The notes beneath the pieces are model-generated. The model was not told the DNA's origin. It ran no database searches and saw only the letters and a list, made by a program, of their open reading frames with translations. Below, piece by piece: positions 54,797-63,949 of a DNA stretch of 64,000 nt. Numbering within the stretch: position 1 is the first letter of the stretch; each line of letters begins with the position of its first letter. The translations under genes were made by a program, and so were the position numbers. Source of the DNA: Clostridia bacterium (GTDB taxonomy: Bacteria; Bacillota; Clostridia; TANB77; RGIG9151); the NCBI GenBank assembly GCA_017934955.1, contig JAGBIO010000024.1, forward strand, positions 14,550 through 78,549, in the 5' to 3' direction.

Positions 54797-55288
54797 TTAA
54801 TTGTATTTCGCCAAAATGCCTTCTACCATATCCGGCGTCATCTTTCCGTAAACTTCATCATTAATCACCATAACCGGTGCAAGTCCGCAAGCACCGACAC
54901 ATCTGGTATCCTGAATGGAAAACTTACCATCCTCCGTCGTTTGTCCTGCTTTAATGCCAAGCAACTGTTCCAATTTTTCCAAAACCTTATCTGCCCCTTT
55001 TACATAGCAAGCGGTACCTAAACAAACCTGAATATTGTACTTTCCCTTCGGTTCCAATGTAAATCTTGAATAAAATGTCGCAACCCCAAAAACTTCCGCT
55101 AAGCTGCAACCAAGACCTGTTGCAATTTTCTGCTGAACTTGTTCCGGCAAATACCCGAATAGCTCTTGTGCTTCATGAAGAACCGGAATCAAAGCACCTT
55201 CCATCGTTTTGTGTTCTTCGATAATCTGATCCAATCTTTTCAACTTTTCCGAGTTTAACTCACAACAACAACACTTTTTCTCTGCCAT
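54797..55288 (-). CDS. hydC: Hydrogenase [2Fe-2S] subunit HydC (NuoE-like 24 kDa)
   Basis: 163 aa with the thioredoxin-like 2Fe-2S motifs CLGTACYVKGADKV and CVGACGLAPVMVIN. It is the first gene of the hydCBA operon. Confidence 0.85.
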   Translation of the reverse strand: MAEKKCCCCELNSEKLKRLDQIIEEHKTMEGALIPVLHEAQELFGYLPEQVQQKIATGLGCSLAEVFGVATFYSRFTLEPKGKYNIQVCLGTACYVKGADKVLEKLEQLLGIKAGQTTEDGKFSIQDTRCVGACGLAPVMVINDEVYGKMTPDMVEGILAKYN

Positions 55289-55500
55289 TTTTACGCCTCC
55301 TAATTCCCTAAAATCAAACCATTTCCATTATAACAAAGGGAAAAGCAATATTCAACAAAAAATATATAATTCTAACATTTTCCCCATATAGAAAAAATAT
55401 GTCTGAACGGTACCTGCAAATTCTCAAAATTCGGAAACAATTTTCTTCCCTTTGCATACTATGGTTTATGTATCATAACTATTAACCGGGAGGAATCTCT

Positions 55501-55773
55501 ATGACTGACAAAATGATAAAAAATCTATCGGCAATGCTTTCTAAAATGCCAAAAAAAGAATTAAACGAAAATCTTGAAAAAGCAAAGGAAATCTTAAAAA
55601 CAAAGGATAAAGACGCTCTCAAAAAAATGCTTGATAACGAAAAAGTAGCCAAACTGGTAGGGCAGGATACCGCAAAAATCAAAAGCGCCATCGATAAATT
55701 AAATCTCGACAAAATAAATACCCAAGAAATCGATAAACAAATTTCAAATTTTGAAAAAAATAACAGGCGGTGA
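55501..55773 (+). CDS. Hypothetical Lys/Glu-rich small protein (90 aa)
   Basis: RBS GGGAGGAA. The ORF is MTDKMIKNLSAMLSKMPKKELNENLEKAKEILKTKDKDALKKMLDNEKVAKLVGQDTAKIK..., predicted all-helical. Confidence 0.45.
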   Translation: MTDKMIKNLSAMLSKMPKKELNENLEKAKEILKTKDKDALKKMLDNEKVAKLVGQDTAKIKSAIDKLNLDKINTQEIDKQISNFEKNNRR

Positions 55774-56021
55774 GAAAAGTGGATGAACCGGAACAAGAAA
55801 ATAATTCGCAAGAAAATGATTTTTCCGAAATTTTTTCTCTCTTTTCCGATATCACAAATTCCTCAGAAGACTCCAAAGATACCTCATTACTCAATTCGTT
55901 AAAACCTTACCTTAACGAAAAACGACAGAAAAAAATCGATCAATGTGAAAAAATCATGATGATGATTAATGCATTTAAACTATTTAATGCACTAAACGAA
56001 ACGGAAGACAATGAAAGTTAG
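55770..56021 (+). CDS. Hypothetical acidic small protein (~83 aa)
   Basis: GTG start overlapping the previous stop. The ORF is ..DEPEQENNSQENDFSEIFSLFSDITNSSEDSKDTSLLNSLKPYLNEKRQKKIDQCEKIMMMINAFKLF. Confidence 0.4.
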   Translation: MRKVDEPEQENNSQENDFSEIFSLFSDITNSSEDSKDTSLLNSLKPYLNEKRQKKIDQCEKIMMMINAFKLFNALNETEDNES

Positions 56022-56032
56022 GAGGTCTCGTA

Positions 56033-56383
56033 ATGAATTACTACTCGCACTATCAATCCAACCCGATTTTTCCCTATAAAAAAACACTACATAGACCAAA
56101 CTCTGCTTCATCTGCGCCTTCTAAAGAGATAACACCTCAGGTAGCGACACCTCCTCCGCATCATTCACAAGAAAAAAACAATAGACAGGACAAGAAAAAT
56201 GCTTTTTTTGACAAAACACTTCGTTCCCTATCTACTGTATTGGAACCGATTGAAAAAATCTTAGGCAGAAAGATTGAATTTGACGACATTCTTCTCGTCG
56301 TTCTAATTTACATTATTTTTACCGAAAAAGAAGGAGAAAATAATACGTTACTTTGCTGCCTAATCTTCGTATTACTCGGCTGA
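56033..56383 (+). CDS. Hypothetical protein (116 aa) with a C-terminal hydrophobic segment
   Basis: RBS AGGAGGTCTCGTA then ATG. It has an N-terminal Pro/Ser-rich region and a C-terminal LLVVLIYIIFTEKEGENNTLLCCLIFVLLG. Confidence 0.45.
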   Translation: MNYYSHYQSNPIFPYKKTLHRPNSASSAPSKEITPQVATPPPHHSQEKNNRQDKKNAFFDKTLRSLSTVLEPIEKILGRKIEFDDILLVVLIYIIFTEKEGENNTLLCCLIFVLLG

Positions 56384-56402
56384 AATATTGATGTATCCTG
56401 CC

Positions 56403-57461
56403 TTACACTTCCTTCTCTATATAGAAACTTTTTACCTCTTTCCCGATCAATTCATCCGTACAGGTAATCAACACCTGACAGTTTTTTAGCTTTTCATATA
56501 AAAATTCTCTTCTTTCTCGATCTAACTCTGACATGACATCATCCAATAATAAAACCGGCATTTCTCCCTTTTCTTGAAAAACCAAATCTTTTTCTGCCAA
56601 TTTTAATGCCAACACAGCCGTCCGAATCTGCCCCTGCGAACCAAAGTTTCCTAACGGCATCTCATTAATGCTCATCAAATAGTCATCCCGATGAATCCCC
56701 ACCGATGTAAAACCACGAAAAATATCCTTTTCCCTTTTCGATTTTATTAACGCCAAACATTCCTCTTCGCGATCCGGAATCTGCGTCTTATAGACAAGCT
56801 GTACATCCTCTTTCTTTTCCGACATTTGTAAATGATAATCTTGAAACAGCGGAGAAATTTTTTGAATATTCTCCTCACGAATTTTTTTAATTCTTATATT
56901 CGCCATCGCCAACTTCTCATCCCAAATATCCGCTTCTAAAGACGGAAGGTGTTCCCTTTTTGTTTTTAATAAATTATTTTTCTGTTCCAAAATTTTATAA
57001 TATTCCTGTAAAACGTAGATGTATCCCGGGTTTAACTGACTAATTAAAAGATCAAAATTCTTTCTTCTCTCCCCCGGATCCCCTTTCACAAAATTCAAAG
57101 TTTCCGGAGAAAACAAAACAATCAATATATTTCCAAACAAAGCACTTAGCTTCTGTTGCTTAATATCGTTAATTTTTACTTGTTTCTTTCCATTCTCGGA
57201 AAGAACGATATTCACTCGTTTTTTGCGATCTTTCAGCGAAGCTTCTACCGTAACCGAAGCAAACTCCTGCCCCTTTTTTACTAATTCCGAGTCTTTTCTG
57301 GTACGAAAAGAACGGCCTATTGCAGATAAATAGACCGCTTCTAATATATTTGTCTTTCCTTGTGCATTATTTCCCCAGAAAACATTCGTTTTAGGAGACA
57401 ATTCCATTCTTTTTTCCGAATAACTTCTGTAATTTTTTAATTCAATTGTATCAATAATCAC
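56403..57461 (-). CDS. recF: DNA replication and repair protein RecF
   Basis: 352 aa with Walker A GNNAQGKTN (MIIDTIELKNYRSY...) and a C-terminal ABC-type signature/Walker B region. It is positioned after dnaN. Confidence 0.9.
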   Translation of the reverse strand: MIIDTIELKNYRSYSEKRMELSPKTNVFWGNNAQGKTNILEAVYLSAIGRSFRTRKDSELVKKGQEFASVTVEASLKDRKKRVNIVLSENGKKQVKINDIKQQKLSALFGNILIVLFSPETLNFVKGDPGERRKNFDLLISQLNPGYIYVLQEYYKILEQKNNLLKTKREHLPSLEADIWDEKLAMANIRIKKIREENIQKISPLFQDYHLQMSEKKEDVQLVYKTQIPDREEECLALIKSKREKDIFRGFTSVGIHRDDYLMSINEMPLGNFGSQGQIRTAVLALKLAEKDLVFQEKGEMPVLLLDDVMSELDRERREFLYEKLKNCQVLITCTDELIGKEVKSFYIEKEV

Positions 57462-57514
57462 AAAAAGATACCTCCATCAAATTCGCGATACATCAACGTT
57501 TGCAGTAAAAGGTA

Positions 57515-58615
57515 CTAAATTCTTACCGGCAAAATCATATAAGTATATTCTTCCCCTTCCAACGGACGCATAATACAAGGAGAAATGGAAGAACCGAAAT
57601 CCAAGCTAATCGTTTTATCATCAATTGCCTTTACCGCTTCAATTAAATACTTCGGATTAAAGCCGATTTCCAAATTCTTTCCGATGCTTTCTACTACAAC
57701 TTCCTCTCGAACATCTCCTGATTGAACCGCACATTGAATTACCATTAAAGAATCCGCAATGGTAATTTTAATCGGGAATTGCTTATCATCTCGTGACATA
57801 ACAGCCGCTCTTTCCAAAGAACTTAACAATACATTACGATCTACCGTTACACGTAATTCCTTCTCCTTCGGAATCGCTTGTCTGTAATCCAAAAATTCAC
57901 CTTCCAAGACACGTGTTACTGCCTTACAATTTGACATTTCAAACAAACCTTGATTCTTTTCCACACCGATCGTAATAGGCTCATCCGAATCTTGTAGAAT
58001 CTTGGAAATCTCCGTTAAGGTTCTTCCCGGAATAATTGCCTTAAAATCAGCTGTACTTTCTTCTTCCAAGTGTTTGGTTTGTAATGCAAGACGAAATCCG
58101 TCCAACGCAACCATATTTAAAACATTTCCGTTTTTCTCAATTAAACACCCAGTAAAAACCGGTCTGGTTTCATCAATTCCAACCGCAAAAATCGTTTTAC
58201 GAATCATATCTTTTAAAATATTTTGACTGATTTTTAACGATTGTTCCGCATTAATTTCCGGTAAAACAGGAAAATCTCCGCTATCTACCGTAACCACCTT
58301 AAATAATGAACCTTCACACTCTATAATCAGTAAATTTTGCTCATTCGTTGAAATCTCAATACTGCTATCCGGCAATTTTCGAATAATCTCAGAAAACATC
58401 TTGGCATCCACTGTAGCTTCTCCTACTTCACTGATTTCCGCATCTAAATAATACTCAATTCCCAAATCCAAATCCGTTGCGGTTATAATCACCATACTTT
58501 CTTTTGCTTCTAAATGAAAGCACTCCAACATCGGCATAGTAGTTTTTCCTGCTACTGCCTTTTGTGCTGCATTAATACCAACCAATAGTTTCTCTTTTTC
58601 CACTGAAAACTTCAT
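57515..58615 (-). CDS. dnaN: DNA polymerase III beta sliding clamp
   Basis: 366 aa with the three-domain clamp fold (MKFSVEKEKLLVGINAAQKAV...). It lies immediately downstream of dnaA. Confidence 0.9.
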   Translation of the reverse strand: MKFSVEKEKLLVGINAAQKAVAGKTTMPMLECFHLEAKESMVIITATDLDLGIEYYLDAEISEVGEATVDAKMFSEIIRKLPDSSIEISTNEQNLLIIECEGSLFKVVTVDSGDFPVLPEINAEQSLKISQNILKDMIRKTIFAVGIDETRPVFTGCLIEKNGNVLNMVALDGFRLALQTKHLEEESTADFKAIIPGRTLTEISKILQDSDEPITIGVEKNQGLFEMSNCKAVTRVLEGEFLDYRQAIPKEKELRVTVDRNVLLSSLERAAVMSRDDKQFPIKITIADSLMVIQCAVQSGDVREEVVVESIGKNLEIGFNPKYLIEAVKAIDDKTISLDFGSSISPCIMRPLEGEEYTYMILPVRI

Positions 58616-58682
58616 AATATACCTCCTGTTTTATATAAATTCTTTTATTAGAACTATTATTGATAGGCTGCATTAAATATTT

Positions 58683-58752
58683 TTGTAGGGTCAGCATTCA
58701 TGCTGTCCTGCTTTCTGCCTATTCTGTGGACAGCATAAATGCTGTCCCTACA
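58683..58752. repeat. Family-A REPIN inside the dnaA-dnaN intergenic (oriC) region
   Basis: TTGTAGGGTCAGCATTCATGCTGTCC...TGTGGACAGCATAAATGCTGTCCCTACACC. Confidence 0.8.
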
Positions 58753-58789
58753 CCAATATTTGATTTTTAGGTTTACTCTTTTGTTCTAA

Positions 58790-59100
58790 ATTGAAAAAAT
58801 CTTCTTTTTTTATTTTAAATAAATATTATTAAGTATTAATAGTATTAGTAATGTGAATTATGTGGATAACTGCAATTTTCCAACCTATCAGCAAAATTTG
58901 AACGTGGAAAAAATGAGAATAACTTTTCAAAATTTATCCACAAAGAATTTTAACATTGTGAAAAACTTTTTATTAACAAGTTTTCAACTCCCCATTCACA
59001 CCCAAATGTGGATAACCTGAAAATCAAATTATTCGCAGTTTACAGATTGCAGGAACCGCATAAAATCACGTTTTTTGCTATTGTGGAAACTGTGGATAAA
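58790..59100. other. oriC (dnaA-dnaN intergenic part): AT-rich DNA-unwinding element plus at least 4 DnaA boxes
   Basis: An AT-rich ~60-bp tract at 58795-58855 (TTTTTTTATTTTAAATAAATATTATTAAGTATTAATAGTATTAGTAATG). DnaA boxes TGTGGATAA at 58862, TTATCCACA at 58935, TGTGGATAA at 59007, TGTGGAAAC and TGTGGATAA at 59082-59099. Confidence 0.8.
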
Positions 59101-59107
59101 AATCCTC

Positions 59108-60442
59108 TTAATACAATAAGTTCTTTTTTATTTCATCAATGGTATTTTTTAATTCTTTTTTCTCGTTAATATCCTTTGAAATCTTATTGCAAGCGTGGAT
59201 TACCGTTGTATGATCTCTTTTGCCGAATTCAAATCCGATTTTCGGTAAAGATAAGTTTGCCACTTCTCGGCAAAGATACATGGCAATTTGTCTTGGATAG
59301 GCAATATCCGCGTTTCTCTTTACTCCTTTTAAATCTTCCACTTTGATATTAAAGTATTTTGCAACGACATCTTGAATCAAATCAATCGTAATGTTCTTAG
59401 TTTTTATATTTGTAATATCTTTTAATGCTTGCATCGCAATCTCTAACGTAACCGGTTCATTATTTAAATGTGCCAACGCTAAAATTTTATTTAACGCACC
59501 TTCCAATTCACGAATATTGGTATCGATTCTCTCTGCGATAAATGCGTTAATTTCATCCGGCACTTCAATACGATCCAACTGTGCTTTCTTTCTTAAAATT
59601 GCAATTCGAGTTTCGTAATCCGGCGTTTGAACGTCAGCTGTTAAGCCCCATTCAAAACGAGAACGTAAACGATCTTCCAACGGTTCAATATCCTTTGGCG
59701 GACGATCGCTGGAGATAATAATCTGTTTATTGGCTTCATAAAGAGCATTAAAGGTGTGGAAAAATTCTTCCTGTGTTCCCTCTTTTCCTGCAATAAATTG
59801 AATATCATCCACCAATAGTACATCTACATTACGATACCGATTTCGAAACGCGTTATTTCCTTCCGTCGCTTGTTCCTTAATGGCGTTGATAAAATCATTC
59901 GTAAATTTTTCAGATGTGATATAAAGAATCTTTTGACTTGGGTTTTGTTGTAAAATGTAGTGTCCGATTGCGTGCATCAAATGGGTTTTGCCAAGTCCCA
60001 CACCGCCATATAAGAACAGCGGGTTGTACGCTTTTGCAGGTGCTTCCGCTACCGCTAAAGAAGCTGCATGTGCAAAGCGGTTGTTATTACCTACCACAAA
60101 ATTTTCAAATATGTAACGCGGGTTTAATCCGGTAGAACTTTGGTCGGCCGGTTTCACACCCGGCATTTTTGTTTCAACTTCTTTTTTTGCTTCATCCGGA
60201 ATGAGATATTTTATTTCATAATCCTGATTGGTAACAAATTTAACGGTATTTTTCAATAAGTCATGAAATCTTGACTGAATGTTTGTCCTATGAAAATCAG
60301 ACGGAACTTGAATAAAAAATGAATTATTTTCCACATAAAGCGGTTTCAAATCCGCAATCCAAGTATTAAAGCTGATTGCCGTTACTTCTCCTTTTAAACA
60401 GTCTAATATTTTTTCCCAATCGGATTGTAAAATTTGTGACAT
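59108..60442 (-). CDS. dnaA: Chromosomal replication initiator protein DnaA
   Basis: 444 aa with AAA+ Walker A GGVGLGKTHL and a C-terminal DnaA-box-binding HTH. It is flanked by DnaA-box clusters. Confidence 0.95.
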   Translation of the reverse strand: MSQILQSDWEKILDCLKGEVTAISFNTWIADLKPLYVENNSFFIQVPSDFHRTNIQSRFHDLLKNTVKFVTNQDYEIKYLIPDEAKKEVETKMPGVKPADQSSTGLNPRYIFENFVVGNNNRFAHAASLAVAEAPAKAYNPLFLYGGVGLGKTHLMHAIGHYILQQNPSQKILYITSEKFTNDFINAIKEQATEGNNAFRNRYRNVDVLLVDDIQFIAGKEGTQEEFFHTFNALYEANKQIIISSDRPPKDIEPLEDRLRSRFEWGLTADVQTPDYETRIAILRKKAQLDRIEVPDEINAFIAERIDTNIRELEGALNKILALAHLNNEPVTLEIAMQALKDITNIKTKNITIDLIQDVVAKYFNIKVEDLKGVKRNADIAYPRQIAMYLCREVANLSLPKIGFEFGKRDHTTVIHACNKISKDINEKKELKNTIDEIKKNLLY

Positions 60443-60544
60443 TTTAATCCCCTTCCAAAAAAAAGTTTAAATATTAAAAATTTTTACAATAAAAAAACTT
60501 CAAAGCCTTATTATGAATAAATTGCATCGATATTGGAAAAACTA

Positions 60545-60750
60545 TTAAGTTATCCACAATTTTATCCACAAGTGTTGATAACGCATAAACAAAAGCTTTG
60601 AAATTTTATCTTTCGTGAAATATAGTATTAGACGTTGTTAATTAAATGTTGATAAAATCAATTAAATACTAAGCAAATACAATATATCAGAAAATTTACG
60701 GGTTTTCAATATAAATGTGGATAAAAATTTAAATATCCACAGAACTTTTG
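60545..60750. promoter_or_regulatory. oriC / dnaA promoter region: upstream DnaA-box cluster
   Basis: TTATCCACA at 60553 and 60566, TGTTGATAA at 60579, TGTGGATAA at 60716 and ATATCCACA at 60737. Confidence 0.8.
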
Positions 60751-60892
60751 TTCGAACACTATTGACGACTAAACAATTATGATATAAAATCCGATATAGC
60801 GGAAGCCGAATAATATTTGAATAATAATTATGATGTAAAAAATTATGTTATATAAGATTATTATTACTATTTTGGACTTTGTCGAAGGTTAA

Positions 60893-60922
60893 TTGTAGGG
60901 GGCGGCGTCCTCGACGCCCCGA
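60893..60922. repeat. REP-like hairpin, family C variant (GTAGGGGGCGGCGTCCTCGACGCCCC)
   Basis: Compared with GGGACG...CGTCCC elsewhere, the outer stem carries compensatory changes (GGGGCG...CGCCCC). Confidence 0.8.
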
Positions 60923-60979
60923 AATTGAGCCATAATCTAATTCGTAAATAAATACAAATACAGAAAGGAAACAAAGAAG

Positions 60980-63235
60980 ATGATTGATTTTGAGAATTTA
61001 AACGCACCACAAAAGGAAGCAGTACAAACAACAGAAGGTCCTCTTCTTGTAATTGCCGGAGCAGGTTCCGGAAAAACAAGAGTTCTTACCTATCGAATTG
61101 CTTATTTGATTTCGGAAAAGCAAGTAAAGCCTTATAACATTTTAGCGATTACCTTTACCAATAAAGCAGCAAAAGAAATGAAAGAACGTGTTACTTCCCT
61201 ACTTGGAAAAACGGCGGAAGAAACATGGATCAGCACCTTCCACTCTTTGTGTGTAAAAATTCTACGCTATGATATCGATAAAATTCAATATGACAAGAAT
61301 TTTGTCATTTTAGATGCCGCTGACCAAAAAACATTGATAAAAGAATGTCAAAAAGAATTAAACATTGATGATAAAAATTATCCGCAAGGATATTTGTTAA
61401 GCGAAATCAGTCGTGCCAAAAACAATTTGTTATCGCCGGAGGAATACACAAAACGTTATCAGGCCGATTTTCGTCTCTCTAAGGTAGCATTAGTATATGA
61501 GTTATATCAAAAGAAGCTAAAAAACGAAAATGCGCTTGATTTTGATGATTTAATTATGCAAACGATTCGCCTGTTTATGGAAAACCCTGAGGTACTTTCT
61601 TTTTATCAGAATAAATTTCGGTATATTTTAATTGATGAGTATCAGGATACCAATCCGGCACAGTTTACTTTAGTAAGTATGTTAGCGGCCGGTTTCGGCA
61701 ATATTTGTGCGGTTGGTGATGATGACCAGAGTATTTATGCGTTCCGCGGTGCGGATATGAGAAATATTTTGGAATTCGAACAAACCTTTCCGGGAGCCAA
61801 AGTCATTAAACTAGAGCAAAATTACCGTTCTACGGCAAATATTTTAAATGCTGCGAACGAGGTAATTAAGAATAATGTCGGAAGAAAATCCAAAAAGTTG
61901 TGGACAGAAAACGGTTCCGGATCGAAAATTCAGTTTAATCGTGCGGAAAACGAAAGAGAAGAAGCAAGATATATTATCGATCAGATTAAATATTTGCATG
62001 AAAAAGAACAGCGTGATTATCGCTCGTTTGGTGTACTTTATCGAATTAATGCGCAATCTCGAATCATTGAAGATTATTTAATGAGTGAAGCACTACCGTA
62101 CAAAGTAGTCGGCGGAATGAAATTCTATGATAGAAAGGAAATTAAAGATATTATCGCTTATTTGCGTTTTATTTATAATCCTGCTGATTTTGTCAGCTTA
62201 AAACGTATTATCAATGAGCCAAAAAGAGGAATCGGAAAGACGTCGATGGACAATATTCAGAAATATATGAATCAAAATGAGGTAAACTGTTGGTATGTGT
62301 TAGATCATATTCAGGATATCCCTGACATTTCCCGTTCGGTGGCAGCCATTCGAGAATTTACGGAATCGATAAAAGAGTTTTCGTTACTGGCAAACGACGG
62401 AGAACATTTGGTATCGGAACTAATCAAAACAATCCTCGAAAAGACAGGATACATCAATGTTCTAAGGAATGAAGAGTCGATAGAGAATCAGACAAGAATT
62501 GAAAATATCATGGAATTTATTGCGGTAGCGGAAGAATATGAAAGAGAAGCGGAAACACCAAACTTATCGGATTTCTTAGAGAATATTGCCTTGGTAACCG
62601 ATATGGATGAAAACAGCGAAGATAGTGATTATATCACGCTTATGACTATTCATAGTGCAAAAGGTTTAGAGTTTCCGGTTGTCTTTATTCCCGGAATGGA
62701 AGAGGGGGTTTTCCCGGGATATCGTTCTATCGGAAGTGATGAGGATATTGAAGAAGAACGACGTCTTTGTTATGTGGGAATCACAAGAGCACGAGAGAAG
62801 CTGTACATCAGCTGTTCGCGAATGAGAACGTTATTTGGAAACACCTCTTGCAATGCACCTTCTCGATTTATTGAAGAAATACCGGAAGAGTTAATGGAAG
62901 GGTATCAAAAGTATGAGAAATTAAGTTCGGACTTTGAAGAAGCAAACCATTATGCGTTAAATCATATTGGATATATGCCGCAAAAGTCGCAAGTGACTCG
63001 TCCTGTTGCTGCGTCAAATTATTTAGATCGTATCGGAGGACATAAAATTTCTGCAACGCAGGTAAATAACGATTTATCGGTATTTGAGAAAGGAAAATTT
63101 GTTATGCATAAACGTTTCGGAGCGGGTGTTATTACGAATATTACGCCGGAAAACGATGACCTAATGTTGGAAATTATGTTTGAAAATGCCGGAATGAAAC
63201 GCTTAATGGCGAAATACGCCCAATTGGAAGTGTAG
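60980..63235 (+). CDS. pcrA: ATP-dependent DNA helicase PcrA (UvrD/Rep superfamily 1)
   Basis: 751 aa with Walker A AGAGSGKTRVLT and helicase motifs through to the C-terminal Tudor-like tail. The N-terminus is MIDFENLNAPQKEAV. Confidence 0.9.
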   Translation: MIDFENLNAPQKEAVQTTEGPLLVIAGAGSGKTRVLTYRIAYLISEKQVKPYNILAITFTNKAAKEMKERVTSLLGKTAEETWISTFHSLCVKILRYDIDKIQYDKNFVILDAADQKTLIKECQKELNIDDKNYPQGYLLSEISRAKNNLLSPEEYTKRYQADFRLSKVALVYELYQKKLKNENALDFDDLIMQTIRLFMENPEVLSFYQNKFRYILIDEYQDTNPAQFTLVSMLAAGFGNICAVGDDDQSIYAFRGADMRNILEFEQTFPGAKVIKLEQNYRSTANILNAANEVIKNNVGRKSKKLWTENGSGSKIQFNRAENEREEARYIIDQIKYLHEKEQRDYRSFGVLYRINAQSRIIEDYLMSEALPYKVVGGMKFYDRKEIKDIIAYLRFIYNPADFVSLKRIINEPKRGIGKTSMDNIQKYMNQNEVNCWYVLDHIQDIPDISRSVAAIREFTESIKEFSLLANDGEHLVSELIKTILEKTGYINVLRNEESIENQTRIENIMEFIAVAEEYEREAETPNLSDFLENIALVTDMDENSEDSDYITLMTIHSAKGLEFPVVFIPGMEEGVFPGYRSIGSDEDIEEERRLCYVGITRAREKLYISCSRMRTLFGNTSCNAPSRFIEEIPEELMEGYQKYEKLSSDFEEANHYALNHIGYMPQKSQVTRPVAASNYLDRIGGHKISATQVNNDLSVFEKGKFVMHKRFGAGVITNITPENDDLMLEIMFENAGMKRLMAKYAQLEV

Positions 63236-63251
63236 AAAAGGGGGTTTTCCT

Positions 63252-63839
63252 ATTATTACAATAAAAAAAGAAGGAAAAGCGGAGGTTGTAGAGAAGAAAT
63301 CTCGCTTTATTGCGAGCGTATTTCCGGTACATTCCAAAGAAGAAGCGGAAGAAATATTAAATAAAGTACGAAAAGAGTTCTGGGATGCAACGCATAATGT
63401 ATATGCGTATCGCATCAACGGTAATTTCAACAAGTTTAGTGATGACGGTGAACCGCAGGGTACATCAGGATTTCCCGTTTTTAACGTCTTGGAAAGGAAG
63501 AAGTTAATTGATGTGCTGATTGTTGTAACACGTTATTTTGGAGGGATTCTTTTAGGAAAAGGCGGGCTGGTACGTGCTTATACCAAAGCAGCACTTGCCG
63601 GATTGGAAGAAGCGGAAATTATCGAAATAAAGGAAACAATGAAATTTGAAATTTGTTGCGATTATGCACAAAAAGATAAACTTCTTCATTTTTTAGAAAA
63701 AAATGAAAGAAAAACAGAGATTGTGTTTTCCGATAGGGTAAAAGTGGTTGTGGAAATCCCTGTGGAAGAAAAAGAAAAATTTGAAGAAGATATGGATAAA
63801 TTATCAAACGGACAACTTATTATGAATATTTTGTCGTAA
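63252..63839 (+). CDS. yigZ: IMPACT/YigZ-family protein (UPF0029)
   Basis: The frame reads ..IKKEGKAEVVEKKSRFIASVFPVHSKEEAEEILNKVRKEFWDATHNVYAYRI...GEPQGTSGFPVFNVL...YFGGILLGKGGLVRAY, matching YigZ throughout. No in-frame ATG/GTG/TTG lies near the expected start, and an AAAGGGGG RBS precedes an ATT codon at 63252. The ORF-track call (63489..) covers only the C-terminal half. Confidence 0.65.
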   Translation: MITIKKEGKAEVVEKKSRFIASVFPVHSKEEAEEILNKVRKEFWDATHNVYAYRINGNFNKFSDDGEPQGTSGFPVFNVLERKKLIDVLIVVTRYFGGILLGKGGLVRAYTKAALAGLEEAEIIEIKETMKFEICCDYAQKDKLLHFLEKNERKTEIVFSDRVKVVVEIPVEEKEKFEEDMDKLSNGQLIMNILS

Positions 63840-63949
63840 AAAAGCGACGAAAAGATTGTTATTGTGCTATTTTCACTATTGATTTTATCTATTTCCCTTT
63901 TATATAATAGAAACGTGTTTTGGCGAAAAAAAATGAGGGGGAATTTGTT

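Noticed and set aside
55289-55500. Rex operator (TTGTGAAnnnnTTCACAA-type) upstream of the hydCBA operon
   Set aside because: No convincing match to the Rex half-sites was found in the 210-bp promoter region.
945-60922. Possibility that the recurring palindromes form a CRISPR array
   Set aside because: Copies are scattered through intergenic regions across the whole window and appear in both orientations. They are not regularly spaced with unique spacers, and no cas genes are present.
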